Both the position numbers and the translations under genes were made by a program. From NCBI GenBank assembly GCA_046290225.1, contig JBKAGE010000035.1, positions 320,001-384,000 on the forward strand: DNA of 64,000 nucleotides, read 5' to 3'. The notes under the pieces were generated by a model, which saw nothing but the letters and a program-made list of their open reading frames with translations, was not told where the DNA came from and searched no databases. This document shows positions 9,749 through 21,556 of this stretch, one piece after another. This DNA is from Bradymonadia bacterium (GTDB lineage: Bacteria; Myxococcota_A; Bradymonadia; UBA7976; UBA1532). Each line of letters starts with the position of its first letter. Within the stretch, counting starts at the first letter, position 1.

Positions 9749-9830
9749 GCCATCTTTGACTCCCGATGGCTCCCCCTCCCTGGCTCTCTGACAGTCTGTT
9801 GCTCGGCGTTGATCAAGCCTTTGGGGGCCG

Positions 9831-9859
9831 TTGACACCTATACCCCCCTGTGCTAGAAG
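9831..9859 (+). promoter_or_regulatory. Putative sigma70 promoter of the tRNA-Gln-prs operon
   Basis: TTGACA-17 nt-TAGAAG with TG upstream of the -10. Confidence 0.55.
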
Positions 9860-9912
9860 GCCGCGTCCAAAGCCATGCCCGTGCCGGGGATGGTTGTGGT
9901 CGAAACCCCTGA

Positions 9913-9984
9913 TGGGGCGTGGGCTAGTGGTAAGCCTCCGGACTTTGAATCCGGCTATCGCAGGTTCGAATCCTGCCGCCCCAG
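9913..9984 (+). tRNA. tRNA-Gln (anticodon TTG), CCA not encoded
   Basis: Acceptor tggggcg/cgcccca, D arm ggct/agcc, anticodon arm ccgga-ctttgaa-tccgg, T arm gcagg-ttcgaat-cctgc; typical position upstream of prs. Confidence 0.96.
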
Positions 9985-10010
9985 CTCTTTCGCTCGAAAG
10001 GCGCGAAAAC

Positions 10011-10949
10011 ATGGCTCCGGTGAAGATCTTCACGGGCAACTCGAACCCAGAGATGGCACGGGAGATCTGCGCCTACCTCGACACCCCCCTGGGCAACGCC
10101 CGGGTGGGGCGGTTCTCCGACGGTGAGATCAACATCGAGATCAACGAGTCGGTCCGTGGGGCCGACGTCTACGTGATCCAAAGCACCTGCGCCCCGGGCA
10201 ACGACAACCTGATGGAGCTGCTCATCATGCTCGACGCCCTCAAGCGGGCCTCGGCGGGCAGCATCTCAGCGGTCATCCCCTATTATGGTTACGCTCGGCA
10301 GGACCGTAAGGTCTCGCCCCGGGCGCCCATCTCCGCTCGACTCGTCGCCGATCTCGTCTCGGTGGCCGGCGTCGGGCGCATCATCACCATGGAGCTGCAC
10401 GCCGGTCAGATTCAGGGCTACTTCAACGGCCCCGTCGACCACCTCTACAGCTCCCCGGTCATGATGGACTATCTGCGCACGCTCGATCTCAAAGACACCG
10501 TGATCGTCAGCCCCGACGCGGGCGGTGTCGAGCGGGCCCGCATCTATGCCAAGCGCCTCAATGCGCAGCTCGCCATCGTCGACAAGCGCCGCAGCGGCCC
10601 CAACGTCGCCGAGGTCATGAACCTCATCGGTGACGTCGACGGCAAAGACGCGGTCATCATCGACGACATGATCGACACCGCGGGCACGCTCTGCCAGGCC
10701 GCCGAGGCTCTCAAGAAGTTCGGCGCCCGGCGGGTGTACGCCGTGTCGACGCACCCGGTGCTCTCCGGGCCGGCGATCAAGCGCATCTCTGAGAGCGTGA
10801 TCGAAGAGGTGGTGGTGTCGAACACCATCCCCTTGACCGAGGCCGGCAAGGCCTGCCCCAAAATCAAAGTCCTTTCGGTGGCCTACCTGTTCGGTGAGGC
10901 CATCAAGCGTATCCAGGATCGCTCCTCGGTGAGCAGCCTGTTCGAGTGA
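10011..10949 (+). CDS. prs: Ribose-phosphate pyrophosphokinase
   Basis: FSDGEI, PYYGYARQDRK, VSPDAGGVERA, IIDDMIDTAGT. Confidence 0.98.
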   Translation: MAPVKIFTGNSNPEMAREICAYLDTPLGNARVGRFSDGEINIEINESVRGADVYVIQSTCAPGNDNLMELLIMLDALKRASAGSISAVIPYYGYARQDRKVSPRAPISARLVADLVSVAGVGRIITMELHAGQIQGYFNGPVDHLYSSPVMMDYLRTLDLKDTVIVSPDAGGVERARIYAKRLNAQLAIVDKRRSGPNVAEVMNLIGDVDGKDAVIIDDMIDTAGTLCQAAEALKKFGARRVYAVSTHPVLSGPAIKRISESVIEEVVVSNTIPLTEAGKACPKIKVLSVAYLFGEAIKRIQDRSSVSSLFE

Positions 10950-11001
10950 TTTAAAGCTTTTGTCCACCCGCAATGGTGCGGGCTCTATTGAAGAGGAAAC
11001 C

Positions 11002-11595
11002 ATGGAAACGACAGCCATCCAGACCAGTCTCCGCGAAGGCACCGGCAAGGGTACGAACCGCCGCCTTCGGGCCGAGGGCAAGATGCCCGCGGTGCTGTAC
11101 GGACACGGCATCGAAGCCCCGGTGAACGTCGTCGTCGACCCCCGGAACCTTGAGATGGCCCTGCGCCATCCCAAGGGCTTCAACGCTCTGCTCCCCCTGA
11201 ACGTCGAGGGCGCCGGCGCCCACGAGGTGCTCGTCCGCGAGGTGCAGCGTCACCCCGTCTCCCGCCGTATTCAGCACGTCGACTTCGTCGCCCCTGATCC
11301 GGCCAAGGAGATCGTGTCGGTGGTGCCCCTGAAGATCACCGGTAAGTCCATCGGTGTCTCCCTCGGTGGCCGCCTGCGCACCCCCTACAAGACCGTCAAG
11401 GTGGTGAGCCTGCCCAAGGACATCCCCGCCTCCATCGACATCGACATCACCGAGCTCAACATCATGGACGAGACGAAGGCCAGCGAGCTCAACGTGGCCG
11501 AGGGCGCCAGGGTGCTCTTCGACCGTGATTTCGTGGTGGTGAAGGTCGTCCAGGCCCGCGGCGCCAAGAAGAAAGAAGAGGAAGAAGAGGGCTGA
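11002..11595 (+). CDS. rplY: 50S ribosomal protein L25/CTC
   Basis: GKGTNRRLR.EGKMPAVLYG, VQRHPV...IQHVDF; GAGGA RBS. Confidence 0.95.
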   Translation: METTAIQTSLREGTGKGTNRRLRAEGKMPAVLYGHGIEAPVNVVVDPRNLEMALRHPKGFNALLPLNVEGAGAHEVLVREVQRHPVSRRIQHVDFVAPDPAKEIVSVVPLKITGKSIGVSLGGRLRTPYKTVKVVSLPKDIPASIDIDITELNIMDETKASELNVAEGARVLFDRDFVVVKVVQARGAKKKEEEEEG

Positions 11596-11691
11596 TCTGC
11601 TGCCCGGCGCGCTGTGTGACAACATCGTCCGGGCACAGCCTCTCTCGCGCTCGAAACCCCACAACAGGAACCCCTACACCAGGATCCCACC

Positions 11692-12261
11692 ATGTCTCGT
11701 CGACTTGTGGTCGGTCTGGGCAACCCCGGTGCCCAGTATGCCGGCAACCGCCACAACATCGGCTTCATGCTGATCGATCAGCTTGCCGACGACGCAGGGA
11801 TTCAGGCCTCTCGTTCGAAGTTCAAGGGGCTCTACGGCACAGGCAGCATCAGCGGCGAATCTGTCGCGCTGCTCAAGCCGCAGACCTTCATGAACCTCAG
11901 CGGGCAGTCGGTGTCGCCGGCACGCTCGTTCTTCGATGTGGAATTCGACGACATCCTGGTGATCCACGACGAGCTCGATCTGCCGTATGGCACGGTTCGC
12001 TTGAAGCTCGGTGGGGGTCACGCCGGCCACAACGGCCTGAAATCGATCATCGCTCAGCTCGGCACTCGGGACTTCGCCCGGCTGCGCATGGGCATCGGCC
12101 GCCCCGAGAAGGGCGCGGTCAACCGATACGTGCTGGGGGATTTTGCCTCCGGCGAAGAGCGCGAGTCACTGCCGGCCTTCCTCGACGAGGGCGGCCGGGC
12201 GGTGAAGGCGTGGCTCACCGAGGGCATGCGCAAGGCCATGAACTCGGTCAACGCAAGTTAA
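11692..12261 (+). CDS. pth: Peptidyl-tRNA hydrolase
   Basis: VGLGNPG..Y..NRHNIGF, KPQTFMNLSG, HDELDL, GGHAGHNGLKS. Confidence 0.97.
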   Translation: MSRRLVVGLGNPGAQYAGNRHNIGFMLIDQLADDAGIQASRSKFKGLYGTGSISGESVALLKPQTFMNLSGQSVSPARSFFDVEFDDILVIHDELDLPYGTVRLKLGGGHAGHNGLKSIIAQLGTRDFARLRMGIGRPEKGAVNRYVLGDFASGEERESLPAFLDEGGRAVKAWLTEGMRKAMNSVNAS

Positions 12262-12336
12262 TGTAATTTCTCAGGAACCTGAACAAACACAGGGGCCTGG
12301 AAGCCCCACCCAAGTTGGGGAGAGGAGTCGGGACTC

Positions 12337-14499
<2,163 letters not shown>

Positions 14500-14547
14500 G
14501 GCGGCCGTTCTGGGCAGAGATGTTTTGGTCAGGGGGGTAATCACCCC

Positions 14548-14576
14548 TTGATCGGCGAGCAGGGATCCCATACCTT
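14548..14576 (+). promoter_or_regulatory. Putative sigma70 promoter of the rpsF operon
   Basis: TTGATC-17 nt-TACCTT. Confidence 0.45.
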
Positions 14577-14667
14577 GCTCGCCCGTTCGCGTAAGGGCCT
14601 CCGTTTCGGGGGCCTTTTCACGAGCGTCCTATTTCATCACTGGGTCAGCACCGCGAGGTGTATGACC

Positions 14668-14723
14668 TGCTCCCTGCTCGTGACAGTGCGTCACGGGCTG
14701 CTCAACCCATGGGGAGAAGCACT
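14668..14723 (+). promoter_or_regulatory. S6:S18-like ribosomal protein leader RNA
   Basis: CTCCC can pair with the GGGAG RBS; inner stem gctcgtgac/gtcacgggc followed by a CTG-containing loop (CCG in the canonical motif); directly upstream of rpsF. Confidence 0.55.
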
Positions 14724-15149
14724 ATGGCATCGTCCACGCAGTCTTTCCGACTGCCGAAGATCGAGAAGCTCCGCAAGTACGAGCTGATCTACATCCTTCA
14801 GCCTGAGGTCACCGACGAAGGTCGTGCGAAGCTCGAGGGTCGAATCAACGAGGTCTACGAGTCCGAGAAGATTCAGATCGTCAAGCGTGAAGAGTGGGGC
14901 AAGCGCAAGCTCGCCTACGAAATCAAGCACACCCCCAGCGGCACCGACTGCTCCAAGGGTATCTACTTCTACACCGTCTTCGCCGCCCTGCCTGGGGTCA
15001 CCCAGGAGATCGAGCGTCGCCTGCGGTTGAACGATGACTGCATTCGTTTCATGACCATCAAGCTCGACGAGGACTACTCCCTCGAGGCCGCCCTCGCCGA
15101 GGCCGGTGCCCCTGAGAGCGATGCCAAGGAGGCTGCAGCCAATGCGTGA
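14724..15149 (+). CDS. rpsF: 30S ribosomal protein S6
   Basis: [38 protein letters not shown]. Confidence 0.95.
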   Translation: MASSTQSFRLPKIEKLRKYELIYILQPEVTDEGRAKLEGRINEVYESEKIQIVKREEWGKRKLAYEIKHTPSGTDCSKGIYFYTVFAALPGVTQEIERRLRLNDDCIRFMTIKLDEDYSLEAALAEAGAPESDAKEAAANA

Positions 15150-15387
15150 TGCACGTTTTGATCGTCGTCGTAGCCGCCGCAAGGTCGATCGGTTCCTCGC
15201 CGACAAGACCCTGGTGATCGATTACAAGGATCCCTCGATCCTCAAGTACTTCATCACCGAGCGCGGCAAGATCGTGCCCCGCCGTGTCTCTGGCCTCACC
15301 GCCAAGAACCAGCGGAAGATCACTCAGGCCATCAAGCGCGCCCGCATGGTCGCCCTGATGCCCTTCACCACCGCCAAGGCCCACTGA
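15142..15387 (+). CDS. rpsR: 30S ribosomal protein S18 (Cys-less form)
   Basis: [37 protein letters not shown]; overlaps rpsF stop. Confidence 0.96.
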   Translation: MRDARFDRRRSRRKVDRFLADKTLVIDYKDPSILKYFITERGKIVPRRVSGLTAKNQRKITQAIKRARMVALMPFTTAKAH

Positions 15388-15404
15388 GCCCAAAGGAGTC
15401 GATC

Positions 15405-15932
15405 ATGAAGGTCATTCTGCGGGAGAACGTGTCCAACCTCGGTCACATCGGTGACGTCGTGGCCGTGAAAGATGGCTACGCCCGTAACTTCCTCTTGCCC
15501 CGTAACCTCGCTGTGCCGGCGAACGATCGCCAGCTCAAGCGGGTCGAGCACGAGAAGCGCATCATCGAGCGCAAGTCCGCCACCATGAAGGTGGAGGCCG
15601 AGGGCCGCAAGGCCAAGCTCGACAAGGTCACCCTCACCATCTCCAAGGCCGTCGGCGAGAACGAGAAGCTCTTCGGCTCGGTCACCTCCATGGAGATCCA
15701 GGCCCGTCTCAAGGACGAGGGCTTCGAGGTGGATCGCCGCAACATCCAGCTCACCGAGAACATCAAGCACGCTGGTGTCTTCGAGGTCTCCGTGAAGCTG
15801 TTCCGCGACGTCGTGGCCACCATCAAGGTGCACGTCGTGGCCAAGAACCCGCCCCCCGTCAAGGCCGAGGAGGCCCCCGCTGAGGAGGCACCCGCCGCCG
15901 AGGCTGCCGCCGAAGAGGCCGTCGAGGCCTGA
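15405..15932 (+). CDS. rplI: 50S ribosomal protein L9
   Basis: MKVIL...V.NLG..GDVV.VKDGYARNFLLP, KLFGSVT. Confidence 0.97.
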   Translation: MKVILRENVSNLGHIGDVVAVKDGYARNFLLPRNLAVPANDRQLKRVEHEKRIIERKSATMKVEAEGRKAKLDKVTLTISKAVGENEKLFGSVTSMEIQARLKDEGFEVDRRNIQLTENIKHAGVFEVSVKLFRDVVATIKVHVVAKNPPPVKAEEAPAEEAPAAEAAAEEAVEA

Positions 15933-15954
15933 TACCCCCCTGACCTACCCCACT

Positions 15955-15980
15955 CGACCTGAGGCTCAAGCCTCGGGTCG
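15955..15980 (+). terminator. GC-rich hairpin after rplI
   Basis: cgacctgaggct/agcctcgggtcg; no U-tract. Confidence 0.45.
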
Positions 15981-16000
15981 GCTGCTCCGTTCACCGGAGC

Positions 16001-16984
16001 ATGCATCTTCAGCCTCCCACATCCGGTTTCGTCATCGATGGTCGTTATCAGATCGTCGATCACATCGCCTCCGGTGGTGTCGGCGCCATCTACCGCGCCG
16101 TACAGCAGCCCATCGGGCGGGTGGTGGCCGTCAAGCTGCTCTCACAGGAGATCCCACCACACAGCAATGGGTGGGATCGATTCCGTCGGGAAGCTCAGGT
16201 GCTCAGTCTGTTGCGTCACCCGCACATCGTCAGTTGCCTCGACGCCGGCGCCATGCCCAACGGTCAGCCCTACTTGATCATGGAGTACGTACCTGGCCAG
16301 ACCTTGAGCGATCTGCTCGAGGGAGAGCCTCTATCCATCGACGAGATCATGGCCATCAGTCGGCAGATCGCCCTGGCCCTCGCCGGGGCCCACGCTGCCG
16401 GCATCACCCATCGAGATCTCAGCCCTGACAACGTGCTCATCGATGCCCAGCCGGGCATGCCGCGTCATGTGCGGCTCATCGACTTCGGCCTCGCTGGCCT
16501 GACCCGAGCGATGCAGAGTCACCTGGGTGGACCTGATTTGACGGCGCCGGGCACGCGCATGGGCACACCCTGGTACACCCCACCAGAGCAATCCCCAGGG
16601 CCCAAGGGTGACCTCTACAGCCTGGGGGTGATCATGTTCGAGATGCTCACGGGTCAGGTCCCCTTCTCTGATCGAGATCCTGTGGCATTGCGCATGGCTC
16701 ACACCTGGTCGGCCCCACCAGAGCCCCAGAGCGTGTCCACACGGGCCCTACCGCCAGCACTTTGCGCTCTGACTCTGGCATTGCTGGCCAAGAAGCCCGC
16801 AAATCGACCTCATGACGCGGTCATGGTCGCCGAGAGCATTCGCCAGCTGACGCACGCACACCAACCCGTTGATGAGGAGCAGACCATTGTCGAGCACGTG
16901 GTGAAGGGGGAGCTCACCGAAGCGCCATCAACAGAGTTTCAGGGGCTGAAGGGGTTGTTGGCCCGAATCATGGGCAAGGCGTGA
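16001..16984 (+). CDS. Hanks-type Ser/Thr protein kinase (soluble)
   Basis: SGGVGAIY, VAVK, HRDLSPDN, DFG, GTPWY, DLYSLG. Confidence 0.9.
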   Translation: MHLQPPTSGFVIDGRYQIVDHIASGGVGAIYRAVQQPIGRVVAVKLLSQEIPPHSNGWDRFRREAQVLSLLRHPHIVSCLDAGAMPNGQPYLIMEYVPGQTLSDLLEGEPLSIDEIMAISRQIALALAGAHAAGITHRDLSPDNVLIDAQPGMPRHVRLIDFGLAGLTRAMQSHLGGPDLTAPGTRMGTPWYTPPEQSPGPKGDLYSLGVIMFEMLTGQVPFSDRDPVALRMAHTWSAPPEPQSVSTRALPPALCALTLALLAKKPANRPHDAVMVAESIRQLTHAHQPVDEEQTIVEHVVKGELTEAPSTEFQGLKGLLARIMGKA

Positions 16985-16988
16985 CAGC

Positions 16989-17573
16989 TCAGTGGCGGGT
17001 GAGTTTGCTGATCAACTCGAGCTGAGAGTGCACCCCCAGCTTGCGGTACACCGACTTGATGTGATTACGCACCGTGTGCTCGCTGATCTTGTAGTCGAGC
17101 GCGATCTGCTTGGGCGCCAGGCCTGCCCTCAGCGCCTTCACCATGTCCCGCTCTCGAGGAGATAGGCGCTCCAGCTCGTCGAGGGCGGCGCCCTGAGCTT
17201 CTTCGATGGCTTGTTGCACTGTGTGCAGCAGGGTCTGAGCGGTACATGGTTTGGTCAGGTAGGCGCTTGCCTTGGCGTCATTGATCGCCGCCATGGCGGA
17301 ATCGAGATCTGCGTTCCCCGTGATGATCAAGCGCGCGCTGTCAGGATATTGAGCCTTGACCACCTGCAAGAGCTCGAGGCCTGACTTACCCGGTAAACAC
17401 AAGTCGGTGAGCACCGCATCGAAGTCGTCACTGCGCTCGAGCACCTGCTCGGCAGCTTCGGCGTTTGCCACCCACTCGACATCAAACCTCGACTCCAGCA
17501 CTTGCTGCCAGAATCGTCCGACTTGAACATCGTCCTCTACAAGTAGGACCTTTGATCGACCACCTTGGATCAC
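16989..17573 (-). CDS. Response regulator (REC + LuxR HTH)
   Basis: VLLVEDD, LTDL.LPG.SG, YLTKP; LSPRE...KQIA....ISEHTVRNHIKSVYRKLGVHS; GTG start inferred. Confidence 0.9.
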   Translation of the reverse strand: MIQGGRSKVLLVEDDVQVGRFWQQVLESRFDVEWVANAEAAEQVLERSDDFDAVLTDLCLPGKSGLELLQVVKAQYPDSARLIITGNADLDSAMAAINDAKASAYLTKPCTAQTLLHTVQQAIEEAQGAALDELERLSPRERDMVKALRAGLAPKQIALDYKISEHTVRNHIKSVYRKLGVHSQLELISKLTRH

Positions 17574-17664
17574 GTGTTCCCCCAAACAGCTCCACAGCAC
17601 TCATGAACGAATAAACGCATCTCGTCTCGTTCATTCGGAAAATTCATGCAAGGACTATAGCCGC

Positions 17665-18681
17665 ATGTTCTACTTTGGCACACCGCATTTCCGAAAAAGA
17701 GCGTTCCCTCTTAGCTTCTTTTTATTTTTTCTAATCCTATTCAGTACTTCCGCTCGGGCAGACCCTGATCCGGGGCGAATTCTGCTCTATCCCACGATTT
17801 CCCCCGCTGATCGCATCCTGCTCCAGGGCCGGGTGATCGAAGACAAAGGGCACGCGAAGCCTTCGGCGAGCCGCAGCCGGCTCAAGAACCTCTGGAACAC
17901 TGCCCGAACGCTGGAATCCGACGAGATCGAAGATGCACAGGTGGAGCTGGTCATCGGGCGAGAGCGTGTCGTGGCCACCACCGACGACGATGGGGTGTTC
18001 CACGTGGATCAGCCCACGACCCATGGTCCACTGGCCCTCGGCCCACAGGTGGTCAAAGCACGCTTGATCGATGATCGCGGTCACCCCACACCTCCAACCG
18101 AGGATCACATCTTCGTCCTCGGCGAGAGCCCACTGATTCTGGTGAGCGACTTCGACGATACGGTCATGCACAGCGGCGTGACCCGTAAACGCGATTTGCT
18201 CAAGAATGCCCTGTTGAAAAACGCTGCTCAGCTCAAACCAGTGGCCGGCGCTGGGGCAGCGTATACCCGCTCACTTAAGGGATCGGTCGATGCGGTGGTG
18301 TACTTGAGCGGGTCACCTCAGAACTTCATCACCCGTATCCGGGCATTCCTCGAGATCAATGGTCTGCCGCCTGGGGCCATCATCCTGAAGAACTTCGGCA
18401 TCGGTGAGGGCGCTGATCCGATCTTCGATCAGCTCAGTTACAAAGGCGCCCGCCTTGAAGGGCTGGCTCGAGCTTTTCCCAAAGCACGCTTCATCCTGGT
18501 GGGCGATGCTGGGGAGAAAGATCCGGAGATCTACCGAGCCTTCGCGCGCAAACACCCTCAACAGGTGCTGAAGACCGTGATTCGTCGAGTGAAGGGTGCC
18601 GCGATCGCCCCTGATCGAGTGAAAGGCATGCATGTGATCGATGACTTCACTCACATCGATCTGACAGCCATGAGCCACTGA
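17665..18681 (+). CDS. App1/DUF2183 family phosphatidate phosphatase-like protein, secreted
   Basis: LVSDFDDT (HAD-like DxDxT), YLSGSP.N, FILVGDAGEKDPEIY. Confidence 0.8.
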   Translation: MFYFGTPHFRKRAFPLSFFLFFLILFSTSARADPDPGRILLYPTISPADRILLQGRVIEDKGHAKPSASRSRLKNLWNTARTLESDEIEDAQVELVIGRERVVATTDDDGVFHVDQPTTHGPLALGPQVVKARLIDDRGHPTPPTEDHIFVLGESPLILVSDFDDTVMHSGVTRKRDLLKNALLKNAAQLKPVAGAGAAYTRSLKGSVDAVVYLSGSPQNFITRIRAFLEINGLPPGAIILKNFGIGEGADPIFDQLSYKGARLEGLARAFPKARFILVGDAGEKDPEIYRAFARKHPQQVLKTVIRRVKGAAIAPDRVKGMHVIDDFTHIDLTAMSH

Positions 18682-18722
18682 TTTTTTGCCTTCTGACCGG
18701 CCGGGCTTACCATGCTCGTCTG

Positions 18723-20570
18723 ATGAAGTGTCCTCGCTGCGATTTCAAACTGAAGACCGGCGCCCTTTACTGTGGGCGCTGCGGTCTCGCACGCCCACGG
18801 GACGAGCACGCGGTGGATCCCCTGCTCGGCGCCACCCTCGGCGGGCGATATCGCGTGGAGCGCCGAATCGGCGCCGGCGGTATGGGTACGGTGTACCGCG
18901 GCGTGGACACCCGCCTCGGACAGCCTGTGGCCATCAAGGTGCTCCACGAGCGCTTCACTCGGGATCCACAGATCCTGCCCCGCTTCGAGAACGAAGCCCT
19001 GGCCTGCGGTCGCTTGATCCACCCCAACCTGGTGACGCTGCACGATTATGGGCAGGACAAAGGCCTGGCCTACGCGGTGATGGAGTACTGCCAGGGCATC
19101 TCGTTGTCCCACCTGCTCCGGCGCCACGATCGTCTGCCCATGTCCCTGGCGGTGGAGCTCATCATTCAGGTGGCTCAAGCCCTCGAGGTGGTGCACGAGG
19201 GTGAGGTGGTGCACCGGGATCTCAAGCCCGACAACATCTTGCTCGTGGAGGTCCGCCCGGGCCGATACCACGTGAAGCTGCTCGACTTCGGCATCGCCAA
19301 GTACCTCGACGAGGAAGGGCCGGGCCTGACTCAGGCGGGCATGGTCTTCGGTACGCCGGAGTACATGGCCCCAGAGCAGGCCAAGGGAGAGCAGGTCGAC
19401 CGTCGGGCAGACATCTACGCTCTGGGCGTGATTTTGTTCGAGCTTCTGGCGGGTCAGGTGCCCTTCAGCGGCAAGAACCGCATGAACCTCATGCACCAGC
19501 ACGCTCACGATACGCCCCCAGAGCTGGAGGCTGTGGCCCCGGTGAGTCTGCCCGAGGCCCTCACCGAGGTGGCGATGTCCTGCCTTGAGAAGAACCCGGA
19601 GCATCGCCCCCAGACGGCGATGGGTCTGATCGAGCTGCTGGAAGAGGCCCTCGCCGAGGCTGGGGAGGTCTCGAGCCACACCACCGCCGAGCCGGCGATC
19701 TCAACCCAAATCACGCCGCCAGAGGGGCCGGCGGTGGCCATGTCTCCACCGCCGACACGCATCAATGATGCTGGGGCCTCCCTGGCCCCCATGACCACGT
19801 GGGCGCTGCCCGGCCGCGGCTCGCTGGCCGTCGCCGGCGCGTTGCTGTGTGTGTTCGTCGGTACCGCGGCGTGGGTCTGGTCACCTGACGGGCAGGGCAA
19901 GTCGGGGACCACCGATGCGCCCACGCAGACCACCGCGAGCCCCAAAGCACAATCAGAGCAAAAGCCCGCTGGACACACGGGCGCGAGACCTGAAGCTGGC
20001 ACCAAGAGCCAACCCAAGGGCCCGGCTGATTTGATGGTCTGGGTGGGTGAGCCGCAAAAGGCCGACACGGTGGTCAAAGCGCCCAAGGCCGATCCTGAGC
20101 CTCCGAAGCAGAAGCACGCGCAGGCGCCCAAGCCCGTGTCACCCAAGCAGGTGACGCCAAAGCCAGCCGCGCCGCCCAAGCCCGAGATCACGGCAGAGCA
20201 ACGGGCGGCGGAGCGAGCCCGCCGGGCCGCCGAAGCAGAGGCAAAGGCGGAGCGCCAGGCACGAGATCAGGCACAGCGTCTGCTCGGGGAAGCCCGCCGC
20301 TTCTTGAAGCATGGCAAGCTCGATGACGCAGATCGCACGGTGAGTCAGGCGCTGAAGACCGTGCCTGATCAAGCCGAAGCCATCGCCTTCAAGGCGCAGC
20401 TGGGCCAAATCCGCCGTGAACTCGCCGAAGGTCGTCAGCTCTTCGAAGATGGAGACTGCGCCCGGGCGGTGAAGACGCTCAACCCCGTGCTCGAAGTGTC
20501 TCCAGGAGCCCCAGGGGTGAGCCACATCATCAACAACTGCCGTAAGAGCATGCCACCGAAGAAGCTCTGA
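18723..20570 (+). CDS. Ser/Thr kinase with N-terminal zinc ribbon, TM segment and C-terminal TPR-like region
   Basis: CPRC..CGRC; GAGGMGTVY, HRDLKPDN, DFG, GTPEYMAPEQ; hydrophobic LAVAGALLCVFVGTAAWVW. Confidence 0.92.
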   Translation: MKCPRCDFKLKTGALYCGRCGLARPRDEHAVDPLLGATLGGRYRVERRIGAGGMGTVYRGVDTRLGQPVAIKVLHERFTRDPQILPRFENEALACGRLIHPNLVTLHDYGQDKGLAYAVMEYCQGISLSHLLRRHDRLPMSLAVELIIQVAQALEVVHEGEVVHRDLKPDNILLVEVRPGRYHVKLLDFGIAKYLDEEGPGLTQAGMVFGTPEYMAPEQAKGEQVDRRADIYALGVILFELLAGQVPFSGKNRMNLMHQHAHDTPPELEAVAPVSLPEALTEVAMSCLEKNPEHRPQTAMGLIELLEEALAEAGEVSSHTTAEPAISTQITPPEGPAVAMSPPPTRINDAGASLAPMTTWALPGRGSLAVAGALLCVFVGTAAWVWSPDGQGKSGTTDAPTQTTASPKAQSEQKPAGHTGARPEAGTKSQPKGPADLMVWVGEPQKADTVVKAPKADPEPPKQKHAQAPKPVSPKQVTPKPAAPPKPEITAEQRAAERARRAAEAEAKAERQARDQAQRLLGEARRFLKHGKLDDADRTVSQALKTVPDQAEAIAFKAQLGQIRRELAEGRQLFEDGDCARAVKTLNPVLEVSPGAPGVSHIINNCRKSMPPKKL

Positions 20571-20582
20571 TCACGCCTCGCG

Positions 20583-21554
20583 TCAGAGCCCCAAGGCCCG
20601 CTTGAGGGCACCCTTCGCGTCTTGATCGCTGGCACGCTGGGTCCACCCCAACAACCACCACACTTGCGGATCGTCGAGCTGGCGGGTGAGTGCGAGCAGG
20701 ATGGCACTGGCCTCATCGTGTCGGTCGAGGCGGGCGAGGGCGAGGGCCTGAGCGTATCGGATCCGGGCATCGGAGGGGGCCACGGGGCTCAAGGCGTCGA
20801 AGGCCCGCTGATGCTGGCCTTTGCTCAGCTCGAGCAACCCCACCATGGCCGAGGCGCGGCCAGCTTCGACGCCGGTGAGCTTCCGCCGCTCTTTCTGGGC
20901 CTTCCAGCCTGAAACCAGGGCCTGCAGCATGGCCGCAGGGGCCTGAGCTTCAGGGCGCCACCACCGATCGAGGGCGGCATCGCTCTGCTGCTTCAAGAAG
21001 CCGGCAAGCTCTCTTCGGGCAGCGTGAATCTCAGGGCCAATGAACCCAGCCTCGAGGGCATCGTCCATGGCCTTGAAGGCGCCATCGGGGCCAGCGAACC
21101 GGCCCACCCGACCTTTGTCGAGGGCTGACTTGAAGGTGCGCCGGGGTCCGGCGAGTGGATCTTTACCCGCATCACCAGCCTGGCGGGCAGCGAGCTCAGA
21201 CTCGGCCTGCACCTTCTCAAGATCATCGGCGTCAGGGGCCAGCTGTATGTACAGCCTGTACGCGACGACGGCCCCAGCGGGGTTCTTGGCGTACATCCGC
21301 GCCCGGGCGAGATCCCGGTAGAGGGGCGCCTCCTTTGGGTATGCCTGAACCGCCTCTTGGAAGTCGCGGCTGGCAGCCTGATAACGCCCTTCGTTGTAAG
21401 CCGCTCGAGCCGAATTCACGATGGGGCGAGGATCATCCTCGCTCGTGGGGGCCTCGGTGGGTGGCGTCTCGGCAGACTCGTCGGCGAAGGCCGACAGGGA
21501 CACTGAGATCGACAAGGGCACCGAGAGCGAGAGAGACAACATCAACCTGCGCAT
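20583..21554 (-). CDS. Secreted TPR protein
   Basis: Signal MRRLMLSLSLSV...SAFA; TPR-like helices; starts 2 nt after the PEGA gene stop. Confidence 0.7.
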   Translation of the reverse strand: MRRLMLSLSLSVPLSISVSLSAFADESAETPPTEAPTSEDDPRPIVNSARAAYNEGRYQAASRDFQEAVQAYPKEAPLYRDLARARMYAKNPAGAVVAYRLYIQLAPDADDLEKVQAESELAARQAGDAGKDPLAGPRRTFKSALDKGRVGRFAGPDGAFKAMDDALEAGFIGPEIHAARRELAGFLKQQSDAALDRWWRPEAQAPAAMLQALVSGWKAQKERRKLTGVEAGRASAMVGLLELSKGQHQRAFDALSPVAPSDARIRYAQALALARLDRHDEASAILLALTRQLDDPQVWWLLGWTQRASDQDAKGALKRALGL

Positions 21555-21556
21555 GC

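Noticed and set aside
16001..16984. Possible pseudokinase or pseudogene (PPE for APE, short loop)
   Set aside because: VAVK, HRD..N and DFG are intact and the frame is uninterrupted; evidence is insufficient
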